From the NCBI GenBank assembly GCA_963766715.1, contig CAVYBH010000015.1, positions 96,001-160,000 of the forward strand: DNA of 64,000 bases, written 5' to 3'. Below, in pieces: positions 32,266-46,027 of the stretch (the stretch's first letter is position 1; each line of letters begins with the position of its first letter). The stretch is from an uncultured delta proteobacterium. GTDB taxonomy: Bacteria; Myxococcota; Myxococcia; Myxococcales; Anaeromyxobacteraceae. The notes beneath the pieces were generated by a model. The model was not told the DNA's origin, made no database searches, and saw only the letters and a program-made list of their open reading frames with translations. The position numbers and the translations under genes were made by a program.

Positions 32266-33448
32266 ATGAAGTCGAGACGGTGGATTCTCGGGGGCCTCGC
32301 CCTGGTCGCGGTCGTCGCCGCGACGGCCTGGCTGGTTCGGTCCCGTTCCGCGGGTGCGGGCGCCGGTGCAGCCTCGGCGGGTGACGCCGCCGCCCAGCGG
32401 GCCGTCCCGGTGGCCTCGGCCACCGTGGCCCGGCGCGACGTCCCGACCTGGCTCGAGGGGCTTGGAACGGCCTCGGCCTTCAAGACCATCACGGTCAAGT
32501 CGCAGGTCGACGGCCGGCTCGATCACGTGCACTTCAAGGAAGGGGACGCCGTCAAGAAGGGCCAGCTCCTCGCCCAGATCGACCCCCGGCCGTTCGAGGT
32601 CCAGCTCCACCAGGCGGAGGGGGCGCTGGCCCGCGACACGGCGCAGCTCGAGAACGCGCGCCTGAACCAGGCCCGGAACCAGGTCCTCTGGGACCGGCAG
32701 CTCAACGCCCGATCGTCCCTCGACGACGCGACGGCGGCGGTCGGCCAGCTGGAGGGAACCGTCGCCGTGGATCGCGCGGCCATCGAGAGCGCGCGCCTCA
32801 ACCTCGACTACGCCCGGATCATCTCGCCGGTCGACGGCGTCACCGGCGTGCGCCTCGTCGACCCCGGCAACCTGATCCGCGCCAGCGACGCCGGCGGGAT
32901 CGTGGTGGTCACCCAGCTCGATCCCATCGCCGTCCTCTTCACGCTTCCGCAGGACGACCTGCCGCGGATCTCGGCCCAGATGAAGCGAGGCCGGCTCGAG
33001 GTCCAGGCCTTCAGCCGCGACGGCTCGACCCTGCTCGGGACGGGCTGGCTCGAGCTCGTCGACAACCAGATCAACCAGCACGACGGCCACGATCCGGCTG
33101 AAGGCCATCCTCCCGAACCCGGGCCGCGCGCTGTGGCCGAACCAGTTCGTGAAGGCCCGCCTCCTGCTCGGGACCCGCGCCGACGCGCTCGTCATCCCGG
33201 CCACGGCGCTCCAGCGCGGACCCACCGGGACCTTCGTCTACGTCATCGGGAAGGACGACACCGTGGCCGTCCGTCCCGTCCGCGCCGACCCGCCGCTGGG
33301 CCAGGTCGCCATCGTCGAGGAAGGCCTCGCCGAGGGCGAGCGGGTGGTCGCCGACGGGCAAGGCCAGCTCCGGCCGGGCGCCAAGGTCGCCCCGCGAGAC
33401 CGCCCGGCGGAGCCCGCAGCCTCGCCGGGAGAGACCAGGCCTCGATGA
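32266..33448 (+). CDS. mdtA: RND efflux membrane fusion protein (frameshift ~33079)
   Basis: [36 protein letters not shown]. Confidence 0.9.
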
Positions 33449-36400
33449 GCGTCTCCGAGCTCTTCATCCGCCGCCCGGTCGCCACGTCCCTGCTCATGGT
33501 CGGCCTCCTCCTCGCGGGCGTGCTCGGGTACCACCAGCTGCCGGTCGCGGCGCTCCCGCAGGTCGACTACCCGACCATCGTCGTCTCGACCAGCCTGCCC
33601 GGCGCGAGCGCGGAGACGATGGCCTCGGCGGTGACCACGCCGCTCGAGCGCCAGTTCGGGCAGATGCCGTCGCTCACCCAGATGACGTCGGTCTCGAGCT
33701 TCGGGACCTCGCAGATCACGCTCCAGTTCGACCTCGATCGGTCCATCGACGCCGCCGAGCAGGACGTGCAGGCCGCCATCAACGCCGCGTCGAACCTGCT
33801 GCCCCGCGACCCTCCCCGCCCCGCCCACCTACAGCAAGAGCAACCCGGCCGACACGCCCATCCTCACCCTCAGCGTCAGCTCGGAGACCATGCCGCTCGA
33901 CCAGGTCGACGACGTCGCCGACTCGATCCTCGCCCAGAAGATCTCGCAGGTCCGGGCGTCGGGCTCGTCACCATCAACGGCGGGCAGAAGCCGGCCGTGC
34001 GCGTCCAGGTCGACCCGGCCGCGCTGGCGCGGGCACGGCCTGAGCCTCGAGGACGTCCGGCAGGTCGCTGGTCCAGGCCAACGTGAACCAGCCGAAGGGC
34101 AACCTCGACGGCCCGCGGCAGGACTTCACGCTCGCCACGAACGACCAGCTCGCCCAGGCGGCGAGCTTCCGCCCGCTCATCCTCGCCTACCGGGACGGCG
34201 CGCCCATCCGGCTGCAGGAGGTCGCCGACGTCATCGACGGGGTCGAGAACGCCCAGCTCGCCGGCTGGGCGAACGCCAGCCCGCGCGGTGATCCTCAACG
34301 TCCAGCGGCAGCCGGGCGCGAACGTCATCGAGGTCGCCGATCGCGTGAAGGCGCTCCTCCTCGCAGCTGGAGACGGCCATCCCCCGCGCCATCGACGTGC
34401 GGATCCTCAGCGATCGCACCGAGACGGTCCGCGCCTCGGTCGACGACGTCCAGTTCACGCTGCTCCTCAGCGTGATCCTGGTGGTGGCGGTGATCTACGT
34501 CTTCCTCGCAGCCTCCGCGCCACCGTCATCCCGGGCGTCGCCGTGCCGCTCTCGCTCGTCGGCACCTTCGGGGTCATGTACCTGTGCGGCTACAGCCTCG
34601 AACAACCTGTCGCTGATGGCGCTCACCATCTCGACCGGCTTCGTGGTCGACGACGCCATCGTCATGATCGAGAACATCTCGCGCTACGTCGAGGCGGGCG
34701 ATCCGCCCTTCGAGGCGGCGCTCAAGGGCGCGAAGCAGATCGGCTTCACGATCGTGTCCCTGACGGTGTCGCTCGTGGCGGTGCTCATCCCGCTGCTCTT
34801 CATGGGCGGCATCGTCGGACGGCTCTTCCGCGAGTTCGCGGTCACGCTCAGCATCGCCATCGGCGTGTCGGCCGTGCTCTCGCTCACCCTCACCGCCGAT
34901 GATGTGCGCCTACCTGCTGCGGCCGCACGAGGAGCCGGGGCGGCTCGCCGCCGTCTTCGAGCGCGGTTTCGACCGCACCCTCGCGGTCTACGACCGATCG
35001 CTCCAGTGGGTGCTGCGGCACCAGCCGCTCACGCTGGCCGTGACGGTGGCCACCCTCGCTCCTCACGCTCGCGCTCTGGCGTGGTCATCCCCAAGGGCTT
35101 CTTCCCGCAGCAGGACACCGGCCTCCTCATCGGGGTGTCCGAGGCCCCCGCCGATGTCTCCTTCGAAAGCATGACGCACGCGCCAGATGGCGCTGGCCGA
35201 CGTCGTCCGCTCCGACCCCGACGTGGTCTCGGTCGCCTCGTTCATCGGCGCCGACGGCACCAACGCCACCCCGAACAGCGGGCGGCTGTCCATCTCGCTC
35301 AGGCCCCGCGAGGACCGGAAGGCCAGCGCCGAGGAGATCATCGCCCGGCTCCGGCCGCGTCTCGCGGGCGTGGAGGGGATCGCCCTCTACCTCCAGCCGG
35401 TGCAGGACCTCCAGATCGACACGCGGGTGAGCCGGACCCAGTTCCAGTACACGCTCGAGGACGCCGACTCGTGGAGCTCGAGGAATGGGGGCCCCGGGTG
35501 CTCGGGAAGCTGCAGACCCTGCCCCAGCTCCGGGACGTGGCCAGCGACCTCCAGGCGGCCGGGCTCCAGGCCAGGCTCACCATCGACCGCGACACGGCCT
35601 CGCGCCTCGGGATCCTGCCGCAGGCCATCGACGACGTGCTCTACGACGCGTTCGGCCAGCGCCAGGTCTCCACCATCTTCACCCAGCTGAACCAGTATCG
35701 CGTCATCCTCGAGGTGAAGCCCGAGTTCCAGCAGGACCCGCAGGCCCTGGCCCACATCTACGTCCCCTCGCTGGGCGGGCGACCAGGTCCCGCTCTCGGC
35801 CTTCACCCATTTCGAGCCGGCGCGGAGCCCGCTCGCGGTGAGCCACCAGGGCCAGTTCCCGGCCGCCACCATCTCCTTCAACCTGTCGCCCGGCGTGGCG
35901 CTGGGCGAGGCCGTCGACGCCATCCACCGGGCCGAGCGGGAGATCGGGATGCCGCCGAGCATCCGCGCCCAGTTCGTCGGGACCGCCCAGGCCTTCCGCG
36001 AGTCGCTCGCCACCGCGCCCATCCTGATCCTGGCGGCGCTCATCACCGTCTACATCGTGCTGGGGGTGCTCTACGAGAGCTACATCCACCCCATCACGAT
36101 CCTCTCCACCCTACCCTCCGCCGGCGTGGGCGCCCTGCTCGCGCTCCTGCTCCTGCGCATCGACTTCAGCATCATCGCCCTCATCGGCGTCGTGCTGCTC
36201 ATCGGCATCGTGAAGAAGAACGCCATCATGATGATCGACTTCGCGCTCGAGGCCGAGCGGGAGCGGGGCGCCTCGCCGGAGGAGTCGATCTACCAGGCGT
36301 GCCTGCTCCGGTTCCGCCCCATCATGATGACCACCATGGCCGCCCTCCTGGGCGGCCTCCCGCTCGCGCTGGGCACCGGCTCCGGCTCCGAGCTGCGGCG

Positions 36401-36557
36401 GCCGCTCGGCATCTCCATCGTCGGCGGCCTCCTCATCTCGCAGCTGCTGACCCTCTACACGACCCCCGTCGTCTACCTCTACATGGACCGCCTGGCGCGG
36501 CTGCTGAAGCGCCGGCGCTCCCCCAGGCCGGCGGAGTCGACCCCCGGGACGCCGTGA
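33445..36557 (+). CDS. mdtB: RND efflux permease MdtB-like (several frameshifts)
   Basis: [47 protein letters not shown]. Confidence 0.9.
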
Positions 36558-39500
36558 ACATCTCGGAACCCTTCATCCGGCGGCCGATCGCCACCTCGCT
36601 CCTCGCGGCGGCCATCCTGATGGCCGGCGGCACGGCCTTCACCCAGCTCCCGGTGGCGCCGCTCCCGCGGGTCGACTTCCCCACCATCTCCGTGGGCGCG
36701 AGCCTCCCCGGGGCGAGCCCGGAGACCATGGCCTCGTCGGTGGCCACGCCGCTCGAGCGCCGCTTCGGACGCATCGCCGGGCTGGCCGAGATGACCTCGG
36801 TGAGCTCGCTCGGCGCGGTGGGGATCACGCTCCAGTTCGACCTGGACCGGGACGTCGACGCCGCGGGGCGGGACGTGCAGGCGGCGATCAACGCCGCCAT
36901 GGGCGACCTGCCCCCGAACCTCCCGAGCCGGCCCAGCTACCGGAAGGTGAACCCCTCCGACGCCCCCATCCTGATCATCTCCCTCACCTCGAAGACCCTC
37001 CCCCTCTCCAAGGTCTACGACGTCACCAACAACATCCTGGCGCAGAAAATCTCCCAGGTCCCCGGGGTGGGGCAGGTTTTCGTGGGAGGCGGCCAGCAAC
37101 CTGCGGTGCGGGTCCAGGTCGATCCGGCCGCGCTGGCCGGGCTGGGGCTCGGGATGGAGGACGTGCGCGCGCTGCTCGCCCAGGCGACGGTCGACTCGCC
37201 CAAGGGCTCGCTCGCCGGGCCGGTGCAGGCGCAGAGCATCGCCGCCAACGACCAGCTCCCGCGGGCGGCCCTCTACGCGCCCCTCATCCTCGCCTACCGC
37301 AACGGCGCCGCCGTGCGGCTGGGCGACGTGGCCAACGTCATCGACGGCGTCGAGAACAACCGGGTGGCCGCCTGGACCAACGGCGTGCGCTCGGTGTCGA
37401 TCTTCGTCCGGCGGCAGCCGGGGGCGAACATCATCGAGGTCGTCGACCGGGTGAAGGCGCTCCTGCCCGAGCTGACGCACTCGGTCTCCCCGGCCATCGA
37501 CTGGCAGGTCGCCCTCGACCGCAGCCAGACCATCCGCGCCTCGGTGCGGGACGTGGAGCTCACGCTGCTCCTCAGCGTGATCCTGGTCGTGCTCGTGGTC
37601 TTCGCCTTCCTGAGGAGCGGCTGGGCCACGCTCATCCCCAGCGTGGTCGTCCCGCTCTCCCTCGTCGGCACCTTCGGCGCGATGTACCTGCTCGGCTACA
37701 GCCTGAACAACCTGTCGCTGATGGCGCTCACCATCGCCACGGGCTTCGTGGTCGACGACGCCATCGTGGTCACCGAGAACGTGACCCGCTTCATCGAGCG
37801 GGGAGATCCGCCCTTCACCGCCGCCATCCAGGGCGCGAGGCAGATCGGGTTCACCATCGTCTCGATCACCGCCTCGCTGCTCGCGGTCTTCATTCCCATC
37901 CTCCTCATGGGCGGAATCGTCGGGCGGCTCTTCCGCGAGTTCGCCGTGACCCTGAGCGTCGCCATCGCCATCTCGGCGGTCATCTCGCTCACGCTCACGC
38001 CGATGATGGCGGCACGCCTGCTCCGGGGGCGCGCGGAGGAGCGCCACGGACGCCTCTACCAGGCATCCGAGCGCTTCTTCGAGGGCCTGCTCGGCTGGTA
38101 CGCCCGGAACCTCCGGTGGGTCCTCGACCACCAGCCGCTCATGCTCGCCGTGACCGGCGCGGCCGCGGTCCTGACCGTGGGGCTCTACGTGGCCGTTCCC
38201 AAGGGGCTCTTTCCCCAGCAGGACACGGGCGTCCTCTCCGGCGTCACCGACGCGCCCCAGGACGTCTCCTTTCCGGCCATGCGGGATCGGCAGGAGGCGA
38301 TCAACAAGGTGGTGCTCGCCAACCCGAACGTCGAGCCACCTGGTCTCGTTCATCGGAGGCGGCGGGGCGGTCATGAACAACGGCTTCGTCTTCATCGAGC
38401 TGAAGCCCATGTCGGAGCGGAGCGCGACCGCCGACCAGGTCATCGGCGAGCTGCGGCCCAAGCTCGCCCAGGTGCCCGGCGTCGCCCTGTACCTCCAGTC
38501 GGTCCAGGACGTCCGGGTCGGCGGCCGGCTCTCCCGGACCCAGTACCAGTACACCCTCCAGGACGCGAACCTCGACGAGCTGAACGAGTGGGCCCCGCGC
38601 GTCTACGAGCGGCTGCGCGCGCTCCCGGAGCTCCGCGACGTCACCTCCGACCAGCAGACGAACGCCCTCCAGCTCTCCGTCGACATCGACCGCGACACGG
38701 CCTCCCGCCTCGGCATCCTCCCCCAGGGCGTGGACAACGCGCTCTACGACGCCTTCGGCCAGCGCCAGGTCGCGACCATCTTCACCCAGCTGAACCAGTA
38801 CCGCGTGGTCCTCGAGGTGAAGCCGGAATCTGCAGACCGAGCCGCAGGCGCTCGACCGCGTGTACGTGAAGTCCCAGTCGGGCGCCCAGGTCCCCCTCGC
38901 CGCCATCGCGCGCTACCGCCAGGACCGGACGCTGCTCTCGGTGAGCCACCAGGGGCAGTTCCCGGCCGTCACCCTCTCGTTCAACCTCGCACCCGGCGTG
39001 GCGCTCGGGCCAGGCCATCGACGCCATCCGCAAGGCCGAGTCGGAGATCGGGGTGCCGGCGTCCATCCGCGCCTCGTTCCAGGGGACGGCCCAGGCCTTC
39101 CAGCAATCGCTGGCGATCCATGCCGCATCCTCATCCTGGCGGCGCTCTTCGCCGTCTACATCGTCCTCGGGGTCCTCTACGAGAGCTTGATCCACCCCAT
39201 CACCATCCTCTCGACCCTGCCGTCCGCCGGCGTCGGCGCGCTGCTGGCGCTCCTGCGTCTTCGAGACCGAGTTCAGCGTCATCGCGCTCATCGGGATCAT
39301 CCTGCTCATCGGCATCGTGAAGAAGAACGCGATCATGATGATCGACTTCGCCATCGAGGCCGAGCGCGAGCGAGGGCTCTCCAGCCGCGAGGCGATCTAC
39401 GAGGCGTGCCTCCTCCGGCTTCCGCCCGATCATGATGACCACGATGGCGGCCCTCCTGGGCGGCGCTCCCGCTCGCCCTCGGCGGCGGCACGGGCGCGGA

Positions 39501-39669
39501 GATGCGCCGCCCCCTCGGCATCGCGATCGTGGGCGGCCTCGTCTTCTCCCAGGCGTTGACCCTCTTCACCACGCCCGTCGTCTACCTCACGCTCGACCGC
39601 TTCTCGCGGCGGCGCAGGGGGACGGCGGCTGACCCCGTCCCGGAGGCGGGAACCGGACCGACGGGCTAG
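36554..39669 (+). CDS. mdtC: RND efflux permease MdtC-like (several frameshifts)
   Basis: [31 protein letters not shown]; second RND in tandem after mdtB. Confidence 0.9.
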
Positions 39670-39757
39670 GCGGAAGAACGAACGCTTACCGTATTTCCGC
39701 GTGCACTTCACCCAGGGCGAAGTAAGGAGAGCCGCTCGAACCCTGGAGGGGGCCCAC

Positions 39758-40204
39758 ATGCGCGGATCTTCCGCCGTCGTCGCCGCTGCACTCTTGCTGA
39801 TCGGTGGTCTCGCGCGCGCGGAGGGCATGCCGGTCAGCACCGACGGCACGAACCCGAGAACCTGGGACCCCGCCCTCGACGCGGTGAAGTCGGGTGCGAG
39901 GAACCACAAGGTCATCTACGAGGACCAGGACATCCGCGTCCTCTCGGTGACCGTCGCGCCGGGCGAGGTCGAGCTGGCGCATCACCACCAGTGGCCGAGC
40001 GTGCTCGTCTTCGTCTCCCTCACCGGCTACGAGAACCGCGACGCGAACGGGATCGAGATCCCCCGGACGGTCGTGCCCGGGGAGAAGGTGGAGCAGCCGA
40101 TCGTGGCCCGGCTCCCGCCGGAGGCCGCGCACGCCGTGACCAACAAGGGCACGGTCCCGCTGCGGCTGATCCGCATCGAGTACAAGAACGGCTTCCCCAG
40201 GTAG
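39758..40204 (+). CDS. Secreted cupin-fold protein
   Basis: Signal peptide, HHHQWP and AHAVTN cupin His motifs. Confidence 0.7.
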   Translation: MRGSSAVVAAALLLIGGLARAEGMPVSTDGTNPRTWDPALDAVKSGARNHKVIYEDQDIRVLSVTVAPGEVELAHHHQWPSVLVFVSLTGYENRDANGIEIPRTVVPGEKVEQPIVARLPPEAAHAVTNKGTVPLRLIRIEYKNGFPR

Positions 40205-40260
40205 TCCCGAGATTCCCGCAGCACAGCGGTCCCACGCCGTCCGTTCCCCTGGAGTGAAAG

Positions 40261-40728
40261 ATGACGCCGATGCACGTCCGGATCTGGAAGCCTCTCCTCG
40301 CCGCAGCCGCCATGGCCTTCGCCACCGTCGCCCAGGCCGACCTCACCCCGTGGAAGGACTACGAGCTGAGCGACGCCGTCTGGCAGGTCTCCACCATCAA
40401 GGTCGAGCCCGGCATGGGGGACGTCTACCTGGAGGGGCTGAAGAAGACCTGGGTGGCGGGGATGGAGCTGCGGAAGAAGCTCGGCTACATCGAGGACTAC
40501 CAGATCCTCTGGAGCGACCTCCCGCAGAGCGGCGAGTTCAACGTCCTGCTCATCGTGAAGTTCAAGAACTCGGCCGACCTCGCGCCGAACAAGGCCAAGT
40601 ACGAGGCCTTCATGAAGGAGTGGGGCGAGACGCGCCAGAAGGAGGCGAAGGACCTCCAGCAGAAGGTCTATCCCGGCGCTCGCAAGATCGTGGGGCAGTA
40701 CGACTTCCGCCAGGTGACGCTGAAGTAG
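40261..40728 (+). CDS. Secreted hypothetical protein
   Basis: Signal peptide ending AQA; strong GC3 codon bias. Confidence 0.75.
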   Translation: MTPMHVRIWKPLLAAAAMAFATVAQADLTPWKDYELSDAVWQVSTIKVEPGMGDVYLEGLKKTWVAGMELRKKLGYIEDYQILWSDLPQSGEFNVLLIVKFKNSADLAPNKAKYEAFMKEWGETRQKEAKDLQQKVYPGARKIVGQYDFRQVTLK

Positions 40729-40754
40729 CCGCGGATCACCCGGAGACCGATGCC

Positions 40755-41489
40755 GTGACGACCCAGGCCATGGCGCGAAGCCGCGCCTCTGCGGAGCACC
40801 TGTTCTTCACGGGCATGTCGTTCGCCATCCTGGGCGCGGTCTTCCTGGGCTTCTCCCGGAGCTTCTTCCTCCGGCCCCTCTTCGCGCCGCGCGGCGCGCC
40901 GGAGGGGTTCTTCTTCCTGCACGGCGCGATCTTCGCGGCCTGGTTCGTGCTGCTCGCCGTCCAGTCCTCGCTCGTCGGGCTGCGGCGAACCGGCTTGCAC
41001 CGCCAGCTCGGCTGGGTGGGAGCGGCGCTCCTGGTCGCGATGGTGGCGACGGGCGTCGAGGGCGCGCTCATCGCGGCTCGCAGGCCGGGCGGGTTCGTGG
41101 ACATCCCCGTCCCACCGCTCCGGTTCCTCGCAATCCCCATGACCGAGATGGTGCTCTTCCCGGCGCTGATCGGGACGGCCATCGCGCTCCGGCGCGATCC
41201 GCAGAGCCACAAGCGGCTCATGCTCATCGGTTCCATCTCCATCATCACGGCCGCGGTCGCCCGCTGGCCGTTCGCCATCATGCAGGCGGGGCCACCGGCG
41301 TTCCTCGGGATCACCGACCTGTTCCTCTTGCCGATCGTCGCCTGGGACCTGTACACGCGGCGGCGGCTTCATCCGGCCACGCTGTGGGCGGGCCTGGCCC
41401 TGCTCGTCTCGCAACCCCTGCGGCTCTGGGTGTCGGGCACCGACGCCTGGATGGCCTTCGCGAGGTGGGCCACCGGCGCAGGGAGCTGA
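40755..41489 (+). CDS. Multi-pass membrane protein with intramembrane His residues
   Basis: About 6-7 TM; LHGAIFAAW, LHRQLGW, SHKRLML. Confidence 0.75.
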   Translation: MTTQAMARSRASAEHLFFTGMSFAILGAVFLGFSRSFFLRPLFAPRGAPEGFFFLHGAIFAAWFVLLAVQSSLVGLRRTGLHRQLGWVGAALLVAMVATGVEGALIAARRPGGFVDIPVPPLRFLAIPMTEMVLFPALIGTAIALRRDPQSHKRLMLIGSISIITAAVARWPFAIMQAGPPAFLGITDLFLLPIVAWDLYTRRRLHPATLWAGLALLVSQPLRLWVSGTDAWMAFARWATGAGS

Positions 41490-41581
41490 GAGCGCGGCGC
41501 TGGAAACGAAGCGCTCCGGGCGGGGGCCGATTCGACCCTTCACCCGGAGCGCGAGCTCCGCGAATCGAGACGTCGTCCTGC

Positions 41582-41912
41582 CTACTTCACGGCCTTGACT
41601 GCGTCGTCGGCGGCCTTCTTCGTGGTCTTCGAGGTGTCGTCCGCGGCCTTCTTGGTGCTCTTGGCGGCGTCGTCGCTGACCTTCTTGGTCTTGTCGCCGG
41701 CGTCCTTCGTGGCCTTCTTCGTGCTCTTGGCGGCGTCGTCGCTGGCCTTCTTGGTCTCGTTGACCGGCGTCGTCGCCGGCCTTGGTGGTGGCCTTGGCGG
41801 CGTCGTCGCCGGCCTTCTTGGTGGCGTCGACGGCCTTGGTCACGTCGTCGGCGAACGCGGGGGCGGCGGCGGCGAAGGCGACGGCGACGATGGCGCTCAG
41901 GATCTTCTTCAT
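41582..41912 (-). CDS. Secreted K/A/D/T-rich protein with 11-aa repeats, LEA-like (frameshift ~41764)
   Basis: Signal MKKILSAIVAVAFAAAAPAFA followed by KKAxDDAAKxT-type repeats. Confidence 0.75.
41590..41822 (-). repeat. About seven imperfect 33-bp coding tandem repeats
   Basis: Recurring GGCGTCGTCG...GCCTTCTT units on the plus strand at 33-nt period. Confidence 0.8.
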
Positions 41913-41969
41913 GGCGGATGCTCCTTGGAACGGGGGAGGCAGCGCAACCTGCGCTGGGTCCTCTCCGGT

Positions 41970-41986
41970 AGCACCCAGGATGCCAA
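41970..41986 (-). promoter_or_regulatory. Sigma-54 -24/-12 promoter candidate for the LEA-like gene
   Basis: TTGGCAT-CCTGG-GTGCT (GG-N10-GC). Confidence 0.6.
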
Positions 41987-42153
41987 GGGCCAGATCCGGG
42001 CAAGTCTCTGGAATTCCGGGCCTCGAGCCCGAGGCCCGCCAGCCGGAACCGATGTTTTCGGGGAGATCGTGGACGATCCCCCGGGCCTGCTGGGGGATCA
42101 CGCCACGCCCGGATGGGGGCACGTCGGCCTGCGGCCGACGGCCTCGACCGCGG

Positions 42154-42273
42154 CTACGTCGAGTAGAGGAACGCCACCACGGCGATGGCTGCGATGGCCC
42201 CGATCGCCACGGAGATGCGCGTGTTGGTGGACCAGGTCTTCCAGCCGGTACCGCTCGTCGTCGTCGTGGTCAT
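42154..42273 (-). CDS. 39-aa single-TM small protein (not in ORF track)
   Basis: MTTTTTSGTGWKTWSTNTRISVAIGAIAAIAVVAFLYST*; AAGGAAG upstream; GC3-rich codons. Confidence 0.6.
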   Translation of the reverse strand: MTTTTTSGTGWKTWSTNTRISVAIGAIAAIAVVAFLYST

Positions 42274-42498
42274 GGACTTCCTTCTGCACGCAGTGACCTG
42301 CGGGCGATCTGCATCGTGGGGGTGCGGGGGTGAACCTGCACCATGCGCCCTTATTTACCATTCGTACATGGCCCCAACGCCCGTGCGGGGAGCGGAGACC
42401 GGGCCGCGACGGAATTCGCGCCTGAGTTGATGCGCTTGAGGCGATGGGACCCACCCGGACGCGGCGGTCGCCCCCGGGCGTTGTAGTAGCCTGGACCC

Positions 42499-43959
42499 AT
42501 GACGAACGAGGAGATGCCCATCGTGACGCAGCGATTCCCAGCGCTCGCCTGGACCTGCATCGCCGCCGCCTTGCTGCTCTGCGCCGGCGTCGCCCGGGCG
42601 GAGGAGTCGCGCGCGGCCGCGACGTCGCCGGTCCTGCACGAGCTCAACACGGCGGTGGCGAAGCTCGTCTCCCGGGTCTCCCCGGCGGTCGTGCAGGTCC
42701 GGGTCACCGGCTATGGGCCCGCGGCCGAGGGCGGCGTCGAGGGGCCGCTGGTGGCGCGACAGCGAACCATCGGGTCCGGGGTGATCGTGGACCCGAACGG
42801 CTACGTGCTCACGAACGCGCACGTCATCCACGGGGCGCAGCGGATCCAGGTCGTGCTCCCCGGAAGGGCGGACGGCGAGCGCGGCGCCCCGGGGACCCGC
42901 CAGCGCATCTACGAGGCCCGGGTGGTGGGAACGCAGCCGGGCATCGACCTGGCGCTCCTGCGCATCCAGGCGACCGGGCTCCCCACCATCCCGCTCGACC
43001 CGGCGGCCAAGGTGCGGCAGGGCGAGCTGGTCTTCGCCATCGGCAGCCCACAGGGGCTCGCCAGCACCGTCACCATGGGCGTGGTCTCCTCCGCTGCCCG
43101 GCAGATCGACATGCCGACGCCGCTGGCGATTCCCATGCTCCTCATCCAGACCGACGCGCCCATCAATCCGGGAAACAGCGGCGGCCCGCTGGTGAACGCG
43201 GACGGCATGCTGGTCGGCATCAACACCTTCATCTTCAGCCAGTCGGGGGGCAACCAGGGACTCGGCTTCGCCATCCCCGCGCCGATGGTCCGGTTCGCCT
43301 ACGACAGCCTCCGGAGGTACGGCCACGTCCGCCGGATCGAGGCGGGCATCTCGGCCCAGGCGGTGACGCCGACCCTCGCCGCAGGACTGGGCCTGGCCCG
43401 GGACTGGGGCGTGGTGGTCGCCGACGTCGGACCCGGGACCGCGGCCTTCGCCGCCGGCGTGAAGCCCGGTGACGTCATCGAGACCTTCGACGGCCACGTG
43501 ATCGACAGCCTCCCGGCGCTGACCGGGGCGCTCTTCCTCCACCCGGTGGAGGAACCGGTGTCGCTGGGAATCCTGCGCGGCGACGAGCGCCTCACCATCC
43601 TGGTGGATGCGCCGGAGGCGAAGCAGCCCACCGATCAGCTGGCCGACCTGGCCAACCCCGACAAGGGGCTCGTCCCGAGGCTGGGGATCCTCGGGGTGGA
43701 CGTGACCGAGAAGCTCGGCGGCATCCTGCCGCCGCTGCGGATCCCGGGCGGCGTGGTCGTCGCGGCCAGGACGCTCGAGGGCACGAGCCAGAACGTCGGC
43801 CTCCAGCCCGGCGACGTCATCCACGCCGTGAACCAGGCGCCCATCCCGTCGCTCGAGTCGCTGCGTCAGGTGATCCAGGCCTTCAAGCCGGGCGACTCGG
43901 TCGTCCTCTACGTCGAGCGGCAAGGACGGCTGACCTACCTGCCGTTCGAGATCGACTGA
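42499..43959 (+). CDS. HtrA/DegP-family serine protease with two PDZ domains
   Basis: GSGVI, LTNAHV, DLALL, QTDAPINPGNSGGPL. Confidence 0.95.
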   Translation: MTNEEMPIVTQRFPALAWTCIAAALLLCAGVARAEESRAAATSPVLHELNTAVAKLVSRVSPAVVQVRVTGYGPAAEGGVEGPLVARQRTIGSGVIVDPNGYVLTNAHVIHGAQRIQVVLPGRADGERGAPGTRQRIYEARVVGTQPGIDLALLRIQATGLPTIPLDPAAKVRQGELVFAIGSPQGLASTVTMGVVSSAARQIDMPTPLAIPMLLIQTDAPINPGNSGGPLVNADGMLVGINTFIFSQSGGNQGLGFAIPAPMVRFAYDSLRRYGHVRRIEAGISAQAVTPTLAAGLGLARDWGVVVADVGPGTAAFAAGVKPGDVIETFDGHVIDSLPALTGALFLHPVEEPVSLGILRGDERLTILVDAPEAKQPTDQLADLANPDKGLVPRLGILGVDVTEKLGGILPPLRIPGGVVVAARTLEGTSQNVGLQPGDVIHAVNQAPIPSLESLRQVIQAFKPGDSVVLYVERQGRLTYLPFEID

Positions 43960-43965
43960 TCCGCC

Positions 43966-45857
<1,892 letters not shown>

Positions 45858-46027
45858 CTTGCCCGATCCGGGAAATCCGCCCGAGCATCATGAAGGGTTC
45901 CCTCGAAAGGGGCCCGCAGTGCGGACCGAGAGCCAGGCCAGCGCGCCGGAGGGGGCGAAAGCGCTCGTTGGCGCGGGCGAGCGGCAGGAGACGTGGCGGC
46001 TGTCTCCTGCAGCGCTAAGGAGCCTTC

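Noticed and set aside
35580..38824. Near-identical stretches between 35580-35720 and 38684-38824
   Set aside because: Expected conservation between the paralogs mdtB and mdtC.
41590..41822. 33-bp periodic repeats as a CRISPR array
   Set aside because: No unique spacers or cas genes; repeats are in-frame coding units.
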